Notes under the pieces: generated by a model
The model's database searches: none
The model's input: the letters and a program-made list of their open reading frames with translations, nothing else
What the model was told of the DNA's origin: nothing
Made by a program: the position numbers and the translations under genes
Shown: positions 17,845 to 27,347 of the stretch, one piece after another
How positions within the stretch are numbered: the stretch's first letter is position 1
Layout: each line of letters begins with the position of its first letter
Source of the DNA: Candidatus Adlerbacteria bacterium
GTDB taxonomy: Bacteria > Patescibacteriota > Minisyncoccia > Phycocordibacterales > SBAW01
Direction: 5' to 3'
Assembly (NCBI GenBank): GCA_003135635.1
Contig: PLCJ01000003.1
Span: 119,087-165,337, forward strand
Length of the DNA: 46,251 bases

Positions 17845-19059
17845 TTAAGCACGAGCGCGATTAATTTGGGAAGTGATGAAATCATCTACTCTTGAAGAAG
17901 AATCCGTTACTGGGTGAGCTAGTCTAGGTGTAATTACTTGTATAGGTTTCTCATCGGTCACAGCAACCACAGTTGCCGGGGTGCCGAAAAGAAAAGTTCT
18001 AAGCCAAGCGACGACACGATTCTGGACGCGCTTTACCACAATAAGGTACGCACCAACCAAGCACCAGAGAATGAGAAACGACCAATAGACAACGGTGCCC
18101 ACAGGCCCAAGATCAAGACCAGTGTAGGGTACTTGAGAAAGTGCCACATAAGGAGTCGTTGGATTGTTATAGACTATCGGTGCAATATAATTGTTGACAG
18201 ATACTGCCGCAGAGCAAGTCACTTGTTGACCGTTCTGACCATAGAAGGTGCCCGTATAAGTGGTGCTTTGTGTTGGATACACTAGCGTTGAGCCACTTTG
18301 ACCAACCGAACCGACATAGCTTATGGAACCAGAGTTAACATACTGTGTATTCCAACTGAGTGTCACTGGCTGGTTATACTGCACAGCGGTCGGTGATGCC
18401 GTTAGAGTACAACTTGGATAGTTATAGGTTGGAGTGGGATAGTTATACGCGACTGGATAAGAGGGAGCGGGAGGCGGATAGTTATACACGATTGGAGCAG
18501 GAGCAGGAGGCGGCTGTGAAATCGTGATTACATTGTTATTTGTATTGTTATTGTTGTTTACATTAGTATTGGTCACTACGGTTGGTGAAGATGCTTGTAT
18601 AGGCTGTTGGAAATAATTTGGCATCTGGTAAGACGGGTAAGAGTAACCATAGTTTGTATAGTACGGGTTTGAGTAAGAAGGAGTTGAGTAAGAAGAAGAA
18701 TAGCCGCATCCGCCACCACAGTTTCCGTAGTCGACATATCCATTACTAATCCCGCTTGGATCATATATGGTGTTATAAGGATCACCGGGAAGACTTGTTT
18801 GGCCATTTGGATTACCCCAAGTATTATTCGGAATCAGTCCAGAAGCATAAGGATCAGTGCCATAGCTAGGCTGGCTGGTGTAGTCAGGTGAGGTATTAGC
18901 AAATGGATCAGTGCTCGGGTCACAGGAGTAATCGCCACAGTCTTGTGCATGGGCGGTTTGCACGTGCAAAATAGGAAACATAATAAGAAATGCCACGGCA
19001 ATTACCATGTAAAACGACCAAGACAAGCTCTGTTGCAACGATAAAGTAAAAGTTTTCAT
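17845..19059 (-). CDS. Secreted Tyr/Pro/Asn/Ser-rich surface protein with Ig-like segment and putative sortase sorting signal (VPYTG-TM-KR)
   Basis: Signal peptide ending AHA-Q, low-complexity Y/N/P/S region, beta-rich SCTLTASP..VTLSW..TTYT..VTCSAAV domain, then LSQVPYTG (VPYTG at 18118-18132), a hydrophobic helix and KR. Confidence 0.75.
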   Translation of the reverse strand: MKTFTLSLQQSLSWSFYMVIAVAFLIMFPILHVQTAHAQDCGDYSCDPSTDPFANTSPDYTSQPSYGTDPYASGLIPNNTWGNPNGQTSLPGDPYNTIYDPSGISNGYVDYGNCGGGCGYSSSYSTPSYSNPYYTNYGYSYPSYQMPNYFQQPIQASSPTVVTNTNVNNNNNTNNNVITISQPPPAPAPIVYNYPPPAPSYPVAYNYPTPTYNYPSCTLTASPTAVQYNQPVTLSWNTQYVNSGSISYVGSVGQSGSTLVYPTQSTTYTGTFYGQNGQQVTCSAAVSVNNYIAPIVYNNPTTPYVALSQVPYTGLDLGPVGTVVYWSFLILWCLVGAYLIVVKRVQNRVVAWLRTFLFGTPATVVAVTDEKPIQVITPRLAHPVTDSSSRVDDFITSQINRARA

Positions 19060-19192
19060 AAGACTATTTTGATAATTAACCTACTTGTAATACCACCTAC
19101 TAATAATTTTGTCAAGAACCGAACGATATTCTAACTATTTGGAAACTTCCCTTGAGAATCTTCCAAATTTTAAAATTCGTTTGTTGATAAAG

Positions 19193-19236
19193 ATCGGGGG
19201 GAGCACGCAGTGTTGTTACCACGTGCTCCGACCGAT
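19193..19236 (-). terminator. Stem-loop downstream of the 388-aa gene
   Basis: ATCGG/GGAGCACG...CGTGCTCC/CCGAT inverted repeat; weak U tract. Confidence 0.45.
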
Positions 19237-19282
19237 ACTAGGGATTATCTAAGCTCCGAAATGCCATCCTGTCTCCTAAGAG

Positions 19283-20449
19283 TTAATGACGGCCGCGTTC
19301 GAAAGCTTCGCCGACTGCCCCTAACAGCTCGGCGAAGACGTAGTTTCCTTGGTATTGACTTGAGGGTGCGAAGTGCAACCCCGTCTGCCAGTTACCGTAC
19401 GGAGACGCGTCTTTGGTCAAGATCGCGATCTTCCGGTTGAAGACCACGTTGACTTTTCCAGGATGGAACTCTCCTGCCCGGTAGCGACGTTGCGCTTCAT
19501 TAATCGCTCGCCGCGCTTCGGCGAGGTCGATCTCGTATCCCTGGCCCGTGGGGCTACCTTCGAGGCACAAGTGCACTCGAAGCGCATTCACGATATCGCA
19601 AGGAAATCCATAAAACCGACGTTGGTCGTTATATCCGATAATGAAGTGTCCCGAAGGTCTGCCGTTGATATCAATACGGAGTGTTTGGGGTCTATTGAAT
19701 CCGCGCACTTCCGCACCTAACCAACAGTCCATTTCCATCTTCGGCAACAACACAACTGGCGCAGGAGCCTGAATTGGTGCTTGCGTAGGTGCGACTGGCG
19801 GAGCTGTGCATATCACAGATACGTCAGCAACGGCCGAAGCTGTTGCATTCGCTATCATGGATCGGCCAACGTTTTCGTCCTTTCTGGCGACCTCCGTCGC
19901 TGAGACATGAGGTACACCATCCTGACCTATGCAAGTCGCCTTCGCTTTCGCATCGGCGTAAGCTAGAGCGATCGGTTTTAATGGTTGCGGTGTTACTACG
20001 ACCGCAACTTGCTTTACTGCCTTGTTGGCAACATTGCCGCTGCGCAGGTCGATGACGGGAACGTTCCCGTCGTATAGGGCAAAGCCCGGACCGAGCTTGG
20101 AATCGTCGAACGTCCGTGTAATGACCCTGCAGCTGTTCCAACCCAGCGCGCTTGTTAAAAGCGGCCCGGAAGGAACTGGCTTTGATGTCAACCCTTGTAC
20201 GTAACTGACAAGATGATCCAGAGGTACGTCTAGCTCCTCGGCATACTGCCGAGGAGTGGCGGCACATGGATATCCTTTCAGCCGCACCGTGCCGTTCGAG
20301 CGCTGCTCGAAGGACTGTTCTAGCTGGTTCAGAAGCTCGACCTTCCCGCTGGGGCTATTCGAGATATTGGACATCTTGATGAGGCTCTCCGCCTCAGATA
20401 CGCTCCCCAACAGGAGGAAGAGCACGAAGCCGCTGAGAAGACTCTTCAC
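19283..20449 (-). CDS. Hypothetical secreted protein (GC-richer than flanks, GTG start)
   Basis: 388-aa ORF with signal peptide MKSLLSGFVLFLLLGSVSEA, a Pro/Ala linker, and a purine-rich AGGAGAAAGGA 6 nt before GTG. No family recognised. Confidence 0.7.
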   Translation of the reverse strand: MKSLLSGFVLFLLLGSVSEAESLIKMSNISNSPSGKVELLNQLEQSFEQRSNGTVRLKGYPCAATPRQYAEELDVPLDHLVSYVQGLTSKPVPSGPLLTSALGWNSCRVITRTFDDSKLGPGFALYDGNVPVIDLRSGNVANKAVKQVAVVVTPQPLKPIALAYADAKAKATCIGQDGVPHVSATEVARKDENVGRSMIANATASAVADVSVICTAPPVAPTQAPIQAPAPVVLLPKMEMDCWLGAEVRGFNRPQTLRIDINGRPSGHFIIGYNDQRRFYGFPCDIVNALRVHLCLEGSPTGQGYEIDLAEARRAINEAQRRYRAGEFHPGKVNVVFNRKIAILTKDASPYGNWQTGLHFAPSSQYQGNYVFAELLGAVGEAFERGRH

Positions 20450-20541
20450 GACTTATCCTTTCTCCTCTCCTTTCAGGGGAGGAAACATGTGTAGTGTTAA
20501 TGTACTATCCTCGCGCTTTACGAGGACGTATCCAATCACGC

Positions 20542-21201
20542 TTACTGCGTGAACGGATACGTTCCCACAAAATCTGCTGTTACTACAAACCGATCTGTCT
20601 TTTCGCCAAATGAATCACAAGTTACAAGAGTAAGATGCTGACCAGCTTGCGTGAGATCTACAACATCTTGTGTAGCGCTTGCAAGTTTAACGGAGACTAC
20701 GGTGTAGCGATATTCCGCTGTAGCTGAATAGACACTGACGATATTCCCTTCCTTCAGATTCTGAATGCCATCAAACGTTTTGTACATTTGATCGTTCAAA
20801 ATGGGCAGATAGCTTGAATGACCGAATATGAGCACGGTGCCACTTTCTCCCAAATCTGCCGAGGTCGGATAACGTACGGCACCTATGAGGAGTGCCTTAT
20901 CCAGCGTAGCTGTATCAGTTGAAGTTGGATTTGATACTTTGACATCAAGTTTGATGTCTTGAGCAACAATCCGTACTGGATATTCACCTTGACCTTGCGG
21001 AATACTCTTTGGTGACGCTGCTTGGATAGACTGCGCAGTGTTGGCGCTTTGAGTATCTGCAGAAGTAATCGTAGGATCAGGATTTGCACCTACAAGGACA
21101 AGAAAGAGAAATGTCGCAGAAAACAAGCCTACAAATGTAAGCGAGAACTGGCCGCGACGAGCGGTGACCTCTTTTATTGCTCCAGGGTACTCTTTTTGCA
21201 T
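20542..21201 (-). CDS. Sortase (class D/E-like) with N-terminal membrane anchor
   Basis: N-terminal TM, VLIFGHSS (His), LTLVTC (Cys) and DRFVV (Arg) give a complete sortase triad. Confidence 0.92.
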   Translation of the reverse strand: MQKEYPGAIKEVTARRGQFSLTFVGLFSATFLFLVLVGANPDPTITSADTQSANTAQSIQAASPKSIPQGQGEYPVRIVAQDIKLDVKVSNPTSTDTATLDKALLIGAVRYPTSADLGESGTVLIFGHSSYLPILNDQMYKTFDGIQNLKEGNIVSVYSATAEYRYTVVSVKLASATQDVVDLTQAGQHLTLVTCDSFGEKTDRFVVTADFVGTYPFTQ

Positions 21202-21242
21202 ATGACTGCCTCTTTCATAGGGCTCTATTGGGAAGCGTCTAT

Positions 21243-21393
21243 ATGCTACACTATATAACTATATTTGTCAAGTACCATCTGTAAGGACCTGCGCGAAGTA
21301 CTTTTTGAGATTAATTCTAGAGTAGAGTCTACATTATATATTATATTTGTCAAGCTTTGCATGCTTGACAATAAAGATACGGCGTGATACGGT
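21243..21393. promoter_or_regulatory. Divergent promoter region: two tandem minus-strand promoters for the sortase and one plus-strand promoter
   Basis: Minus: TTGACA-N17-TAGCAT (21271-21243) and TTGACA-N16-TAGACT (21353-21326). Plus: TTGACA(21365)-N17-TACGGT. Palindrome TGTCAAGC-N7-GCTTGACA at 21348-21370. Confidence 0.6.
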
Positions 21394-21402
21394 AGCGCCC
21401 TT

Positions 21403-22476
21403 ATGCAAAAGGATATTGATGCTCCTGCCACCCCATACAAGGACACATTTTTACGTGTTGTTGCGATTATTGGCCTTATTGCTCTTATCATTCTTGGGGC
21501 TTGGGGCATTATTCAAATTGTTTTTAACCTGCCCTCTCTCTTCGGGAGTGTCGGCGACAAAACTCAAACTCTATTCGCACCCGCATCAAAAACCGAATCA
21601 GTAGTGGTTACCCTACCCGCGACCGCATCTTCTGGAGAACCGTTCACCATATCTTGGATACACCAAAACTCTCCTTCGGGTGATTTCGCCTACACTATTT
21701 CATACTCTTGCAGCACTGGACTCTCGCTCAAGGCTCCAACACCAACGGGAATATTTCAGTCAGTCCCCTGCGCAACACCGTTTGATTACACAAATGCAAC
21801 TCAAAACATGCAGGTAGTGCCAACCGTGACTACATCTAACTCGCTCTCTGCGGTAATTTCTGTGTCCGCAATTTCTCTTGCAAACGGCGCTGTCACTACA
21901 ACTGGCAGCAGCACTATCACCATATCTCCTTCTCAAAATAGCCCAGCAGTGGCGACACCCATACCCACTACTCCATTGCCGGCACAAAAACCCGCTGTAA
22001 TTAAAAAAGTTACTACAGTTGCTCGGTCTTATTCCAATCCAAACGGTACACCCGATCTAGCAGTACAAATTATTTCCGTCATACCAGAAGGTAATGGTCT
22101 TACTTCGGTTGAATTTGCTATTGAAAACCTGGGCAATAAAGCAACACCGTACGGCTGGACATTTGCTGCCAACTTGCCAGTTGGGTATGCCTATACCTAC
22201 TACTCCCAACCCCAGCGGGCACTCTATCCTGGGGGCAGGATTATATACACGCTTACTTTTAGTGGGGCAAACAACAACCAAATGCCGTATACCAGCGGGT
22301 GCTACACTCAAGGGCAAATTACTTATCCTTCGTACCAGAATTGTTATGGCTACAGCAATCCAATATATGCCACCAACGGTACGGTCACAATCACGGTTGA
22401 TCCTGGTAATCTCATCTACGAGACAAATAAAGCAAACAACACCGCTAGTGTCAGCGTCCCTGTTACTACCTACTAA
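21403..22476 (+). CDS. Membrane-anchored extracellular protein with C-terminal CARDB-like Ig domain
   Basis: N-terminal TM, beta-rich domain with a Cys pair, Pro/Thr linker, PDLAVQII..ENLG..TVDPGNLIYETNKANNTAS (CARDB pattern). Confidence 0.75.
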   Translation: MQKDIDAPATPYKDTFLRVVAIIGLIALIILGAWGIIQIVFNLPSLFGSVGDKTQTLFAPASKTESVVVTLPATASSGEPFTISWIHQNSPSGDFAYTISYSCSTGLSLKAPTPTGIFQSVPCATPFDYTNATQNMQVVPTVTTSNSLSAVISVSAISLANGAVTTTGSSTITISPSQNSPAVATPIPTTPLPAQKPAVIKKVTTVARSYSNPNGTPDLAVQIISVIPEGNGLTSVEFAIENLGNKATPYGWTFAANLPVGYAYTYYSQPQRALYPGGRIIYTLTFSGANNNQMPYTSGCYTQGQITYPSYQNCYGYSNPIYATNGTVTITVDPGNLIYETNKANNTASVSVPVTTY

Positions 22477-22490
22477 AAATTCTTTTTCTT

Positions 22491-24524
22491 CTAGATATCG
22501 AGGTTTGCCAACTTGGCATTGCTTTGGATGAATGACTTGCGAGAAGAGACATCTTCGCCCATAAGAATATCAAATATTCTGTCTGCATCCGCTGCATCCT
22601 CAATGGTTACCTGTTTAAGAACTCTTCGCGCGGGATCCATGGTGGTTTCCCAGAGCTCTTCTGGATTCATCTCGCCGAGACCTTTGTACCGTTGAATATG
22701 TACTTTGACCTTTTTTGATTTCACTTCTTCTACTTCTTCAGGGACTTCCTGCCCTGATGGCTCTTCTTCAATCTCAGCTTCAGTGCCTACAATGCGAATT
22801 TTCTCCTCATCGGAGTAGGTATACATTACTTCCTTCCCTCGTTTGATTTTATACAGCGGAGGCTGAGCGATGTAGAGAAACCCGCCTTCGATCACTGGCC
22901 TGAAATGTCGAAAGAAAAGGGTGAGCAATAACGTTCGGATATGCGCACCGTCAACATCGGCGTCAGTCGCAATAATTACTTTATGATAGCGAAGTTTGCT
23001 TATGTCGAATATATCCCCTATTGCCGTGCCGAGAGCCAGGATAAGGTGCTTGATTTCTTGCGAGGCCAACATTTTATCGAGCCGTGCACGTTCAACATTA
23101 AGAATCTTCCCCCGTAAAGGGAGTATCGCCTGCGTGCGGCGATCGCGACCCTGTTTTGAAGAACCCCCAGCTGAATCTCCTTCAACTATGAAAAGCTCCG
23201 ATTCTGATGCCTCTTTAGTTTGACAATCCGCAAGCTTCCCGGGCAAACCAAACCCTTCAAGCGCTCCTTTGCGCAGCACCGATTCCTTCGCCGCTTTTGC
23301 CGCCTTGCGGGCCTTAAGTGCCAATACTACTTTGCCCATAATCCCCCTCGCATCCTCTGGATTTTCTTCAAGAAATGTTGAAAATGCGCTGCTCATGACT
23401 GCATCGACGGCACCTCGGGCTTCTACAGAGCCGAGTTTTCCTTTTGTTTGACCCTCAAACTGAATTTCGGCCAGCTTTACCGAAATAACCGCAGTCAATC
23501 CCTCAAGCACATCTTCTCCATTGAAGTTTTCCTCATTTTCCTTAAGAGCATTACTTTGGCGTGCATAGGCATTGAGCGTACGCGTGAGCGCCGTGCGAAA
23601 GCCCGTAATATGCGTACCTCCTTCACTATTGAAGATATTGTTTGCAAAAGGAAAAACGCGGGAAGAAATGTCATCCACGTATTGGAGTGCTATTTCAACG
23701 GCAACTCCATCCTGTTCTTTTTCTATATAGAAAATATTTTTATGAACCGGCTTTTGGTGGCGACTGTAAAAAGCAACCAGTGAGCGCAATCCTCCCTCAA
23801 AGTAGAATGTTTGTGATGGACACTCGAGCAGATTCTCTCGCATGTAGAGCGTCTTGCCCGCTTCTGGCAACTTTACCGTAGTTCCTCTTGCATCAACAAT
23901 ACTGATCCGCAATCCCTTCACCAGATAGGCCTGTTCACGTAAGTGGGCAACAATCTTTTCAAAATCAAAATTGATTACATTAAAAATCTCACTGTCAGGG
24001 GAAAATGAGATTACGGTACCATGGAGCTTTGAGCTGCCAATCTTTTTAACCGCAGACTTCTTTTTGCCCCGCGAGTATTCCTGGACATACGCACCGTCTT
24101 CTCGATACACTTCCGCGCGCAGATACGTTGAGAGTGCATTGACCACCGACACGCCCACTCCATGAAGACCGCCAGCGACCTTATATCCTTCTCCGCCAAA
24201 TTTGGCTCCGGCATGCAGAAGGGTCATGACCGTTTCAAGCGCAGACACTTTGGTTTGAGCATGGACATCAATGGGGATACCACGTCCATTATCAGAAACG
24301 CGAACAATATTGTCCGGTAGAAGCACCACTTCAATGTCATCGGAAAAACCACCCATAGCCTCATCCCGGGAATTATCAAAAACTTCCCAGACGAGATGGT
24401 GGAGGCCATCTGGCCCCGTAGTACCAATGTACATACCAGGGCGCCTTCGTACTGCCTCTAGACCTTCAAGCACGGTTATATCCGCCGCGCTGTAGGAGCC
24501 TTTTTTTAGCTTTTCTTGAGCCAC
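22491..24524 (-). CDS. gyrB: DNA gyrase subunit B
   Basis: LEGLEAVRRRPGMYIG, DNGRGIP, GGLHGVG, VEGDSAGG, PLRGK, DADVDG, QRYKGLGEMN; GTG start. Confidence 0.96.
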   Translation of the reverse strand: MAQEKLKKGSYSAADITVLEGLEAVRRRPGMYIGTTGPDGLHHLVWEVFDNSRDEAMGGFSDDIEVVLLPDNIVRVSDNGRGIPIDVHAQTKVSALETVMTLLHAGAKFGGEGYKVAGGLHGVGVSVVNALSTYLRAEVYREDGAYVQEYSRGKKKSAVKKIGSSKLHGTVISFSPDSEIFNVINFDFEKIVAHLREQAYLVKGLRISIVDARGTTVKLPEAGKTLYMRENLLECPSQTFYFEGGLRSLVAFYSRHQKPVHKNIFYIEKEQDGVAVEIALQYVDDISSRVFPFANNIFNSEGGTHITGFRTALTRTLNAYARQSNALKENEENFNGEDVLEGLTAVISVKLAEIQFEGQTKGKLGSVEARGAVDAVMSSAFSTFLEENPEDARGIMGKVVLALKARKAAKAAKESVLRKGALEGFGLPGKLADCQTKEASESELFIVEGDSAGGSSKQGRDRRTQAILPLRGKILNVERARLDKMLASQEIKHLILALGTAIGDIFDISKLRYHKVIIATDADVDGAHIRTLLLTLFFRHFRPVIEGGFLYIAQPPLYKIKRGKEVMYTYSDEEKIRIVGTEAEIEEEPSGQEVPEEVEEVKSKKVKVHIQRYKGLGEMNPEELWETTMDPARRVLKQVTIEDAADADRIFDILMGEDVSSRKSFIQSNAKLANLDI

Positions 24525-24623
24525 AAAATATATAAGCCTCGAAAGGCTTTGTTTTATTCTAGCAGAAAAGGACTCATATTGAAAGGGGCAAAATGGGGAA
24601 AATAGGCCTTAAAATATGATCAA

Positions 24624-26519
24624 TTATCGAACCACCAACCCTCTTTTGTACAGTGCCGCAGCAATTTTTTCCATTACCGTGTGTACCTCTACTTCTGTAA
24701 GTGTGCGCTCGAAAGATTGAAAGATTAGACGAAAAGCGAGTGACACTTTTCCCTCTTTTTCAAAGCGGTCAAATACATCCAACCGCACTAATAGACTGCC
24801 TGCCTCAGCAGAAATTAGGGTACGCACTTCCTCTTCTTCGCTCTCTTGAGACACCCAAAGTGCAATATCTCGCACAATGTAGGGATATTTTGAAAATGGA
24901 TGGTATTGCTTGTCAGAAGAGAGCGGAAAATGCTCGTAGAGGGTAGGAGTTGGGCTGGAGATAATGAGATTCTCTAGATCAATTTCTACACTTTCCTCCC
25001 CTCCTGTAGCCTCTGGAAGCGGAAGACTCAGCGTTATAGATAATTCTTTCAGTATGTCTGGGGCAGTTTTTTTAAAAGATTTTCCTGGGAGTGCTCCAAT
25101 AGCAAGAAAGATTTTTTCTTCATTCTGGGGAAACACTGCCCCTATTTCAAATAACAGCACCCCATCAAGTCCCAGCAGCTCCTTATTTCGCTCATTTTTA
25201 CGGAGCGCTTCTTGCATTGCGGGAAGTAAGCTTTGCCGTAGGTAGGGAGTACTGCTCTCTACTTTATTGAGAACCGCTCGAACTCCTTGGGCAGTAAATA
25301 GAGAGGTATATATTTCAGAAAATCCACGAGAGATAAGAAATTCGCGTATCCGTTCACTCCAGTAGAAATTTTTGTTTATCTCTGGAGTTTTGCCGGAGGG
25401 AGGTAAATTGACCGTGGGAATTTTTTCATATCCAACGATACGAGCGATCTCTTCCGTCAAATCCTCCGGGAGAGAAATATCAAGTCGCTCAAATGGCACG
25501 GTAACCGCAAATGTTTGATGATTTTCTGTAAACAGAAACCCAAGCCGGGTGAACACCCCCGCGACCGCATCTTGGCTCAACTCTCCTCCTAATATTTTAT
25601 TTGTTTCTGCGAGCGAAATAGTTACGGGCGCGTATTTTTTGGGATGGGGGTACACATCAACAAACCCGACTATCTCCCCTCCCGCCAGCTGCACAATCAT
25701 ATCAACCGCTGCTTGTATGCCGTATGCGGCGAGTTCGGGAGAAATAACCTGCTCAAAACGTGTACTCGCATCCGTGCGTAATTTAAGCGCCGCGGCGGTC
25801 CTGCGGACCGATGCACCGTCAAAGTTGGCAGACTCAATAATGATATTTTTCGTCGCTTCAGTTATTGCCGCAGGCATGCCGCCTTTTATTCCTGCAACGC
25901 CAATGGGTTCATCATCATTTTGATCAGCAATGATAAGCATTGAGCTGGTCAATTCATACTTCATTCCATCGAGTGCTTGCATCTGTTCACCCGAACGAGC
26001 ACTGCGTACCGCAATAGCATACTTCCCATTTTTTTGAATGAGCTTGCCCGCATCAAATGCGTGTAAGGGTTGCCCCGTGTTAAACATGACAAAGTTCATC
26101 GCATCAACGACATTGTTTATTGAGCGCTGGCCGATTGCTTCCAACCTTTCTTTGAGCCATTGTGACGAAGGGCCGACTTTTACTCCTTTTATATATCCGG
26201 CGATATAGCGACTACAGGTATCTGTGTGTATAGAGACTGAAATAACATCCGTTACGGGCTCAAGGCGTGGTTCATGCGCAAAGGGGTCATGGATTAAGGG
26301 AATGTTTAAAATTGCCGAGATCTCCTTGGCAATTCCGCGATGAGAAAGACAGTCATGTCCACGATTGGGAGTGATTTTGACCTCAAGCACATGGTCTCCT
26401 AGCACTTTTTGAAGACTCTCAACCTCAAATACATGAAAGGTCAACGCTTCTTGAAGCTTCTCGGCGGAAGGTAGTTCAATATCAAAAAACTTTTGCAACC
26501 AATAATGAGAAATTTTCAT
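24624..26519 (-). CDS. pheT: Phenylalanine--tRNA ligase beta subunit (short, lacks B2 OB-fold)
   Basis: MKISHYWL..ITPNRGHDCLS, INNVVD, GQPLHAFD, ESANF, RTDASTRFE, C-terminal FDX-ACB (SKYPYIVRDIAL..SLAFRL). Confidence 0.95.
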   Translation of the reverse strand: MKISHYWLQKFFDIELPSAEKLQEALTFHVFEVESLQKVLGDHVLEVKITPNRGHDCLSHRGIAKEISAILNIPLIHDPFAHEPRLEPVTDVISVSIHTDTCSRYIAGYIKGVKVGPSSQWLKERLEAIGQRSINNVVDAMNFVMFNTGQPLHAFDAGKLIQKNGKYAIAVRSARSGEQMQALDGMKYELTSSMLIIADQNDDEPIGVAGIKGGMPAAITEATKNIIIESANFDGASVRRTAAALKLRTDASTRFEQVISPELAAYGIQAAVDMIVQLAGGEIVGFVDVYPHPKKYAPVTISLAETNKILGGELSQDAVAGVFTRLGFLFTENHQTFAVTVPFERLDISLPEDLTEEIARIVGYEKIPTVNLPPSGKTPEINKNFYWSERIREFLISRGFSEIYTSLFTAQGVRAVLNKVESSTPYLRQSLLPAMQEALRKNERNKELLGLDGVLLFEIGAVFPQNEEKIFLAIGALPGKSFKKTAPDILKELSITLSLPLPEATGGEESVEIDLENLIISSPTPTLYEHFPLSSDKQYHPFSKYPYIVRDIALWVSQESEEEEVRTLISAEAGSLLVRLDVFDRFEKEGKVSLAFRLIFQSFERTLTEVEVHTVMEKIAAALYKRGLVVR

Positions 26520-26526
26520 GTGCAAA

Positions 26527-27261
26527 TTAAAATTGATTCACGAATCGTAAATCGGCGGAGTGCATAAAGCGGACATCATCAATACCCCATTTGAGCATGG
26601 CGAGACGGTCAAGTCCCATACCAAATGCAAAACCACTATATGCTTTGGGATCAAGTCCACTATTTTTTAGGACCTGTGGATGTACCATACCGGCTCCCAT
26701 CATTTCTATCCAACGGCCTCGAAGTTTTTCTGGCGCGTGTTCTCCGGTAATACGCATATCCACCTCGACTGAAGGTTCGGTAAAAGGAAAGAAGCTCGGG
26801 CGAAAACGAATTTCTACTTGTCCTTGTAAAATGGTGCTCAAGAAGTATTTGAGGGTACCTTTGAGAGTGGCAAGTGTCACATCCTTGCCAACGGCGAGTC
26901 CTTCTATTTGAAAGAACTCCGCTTCGTGCGTCATATCGGTTGCTTCATTTCGAAATGCAGCCCCGGGCACGATGACACGATACGGCGGCATAATTCCTTT
27001 TTTCACTTGGCTCTCCATATACCTAACTTGTACGGGCGACGTATGCGTGCGCAAAACCATATCGGGTTCATCTTTAATAAAAAATGTGTCCTGCATGTCG
27101 CGCGCTGGATGGTCCTTCGGAACATTGAGTGCATCGAAGTTATACCACTCACTCTCCACAAGCGGCCCTTCGGCAAGGGTAAAACCTAAAGAGTAAAAAA
27201 TCTCGTTTGCCTGCCGAATAAGAGAGGAGATAGGATGCAAGTGTCCCCGCATGTGTTGCAT
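26527..27261 (-). CDS. pheS: Phenylalanine--tRNA ligase alpha subunit (lacks N-terminal coiled coil)
   Basis: GHLHPI, NFDALNVPKDHPARDMQDTFF, RTHTS, FPFTEPS, FAFGMGLDRLAM. Confidence 0.96.
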   Translation of the reverse strand: MQHMRGHLHPISSLIRQANEIFYSLGFTLAEGPLVESEWYNFDALNVPKDHPARDMQDTFFIKDEPDMVLRTHTSPVQVRYMESQVKKGIMPPYRVIVPGAAFRNEATDMTHEAEFFQIEGLAVGKDVTLATLKGTLKYFLSTILQGQVEIRFRPSFFPFTEPSVEVDMRITGEHAPEKLRGRWIEMMGAGMVHPQVLKNSGLDPKAYSGFAFGMGLDRLAMLKWGIDDVRFMHSADLRFVNQF

Positions 27262-27347
27262 ATAAACAGTATACGGTACCGTGGTGGAGAAAGTAATTCC
27301 GCTCTAGAAATATGGATCTTTTTGGATAACAAGGTATACTTGCCACG

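Noticed and set aside
22710-22800. Acidic insertion in the GyrB C-terminus as a possible intein or novel domain
   Set aside because: It is a short low-complexity loop in a region known to vary, with no intein terminal motifs.
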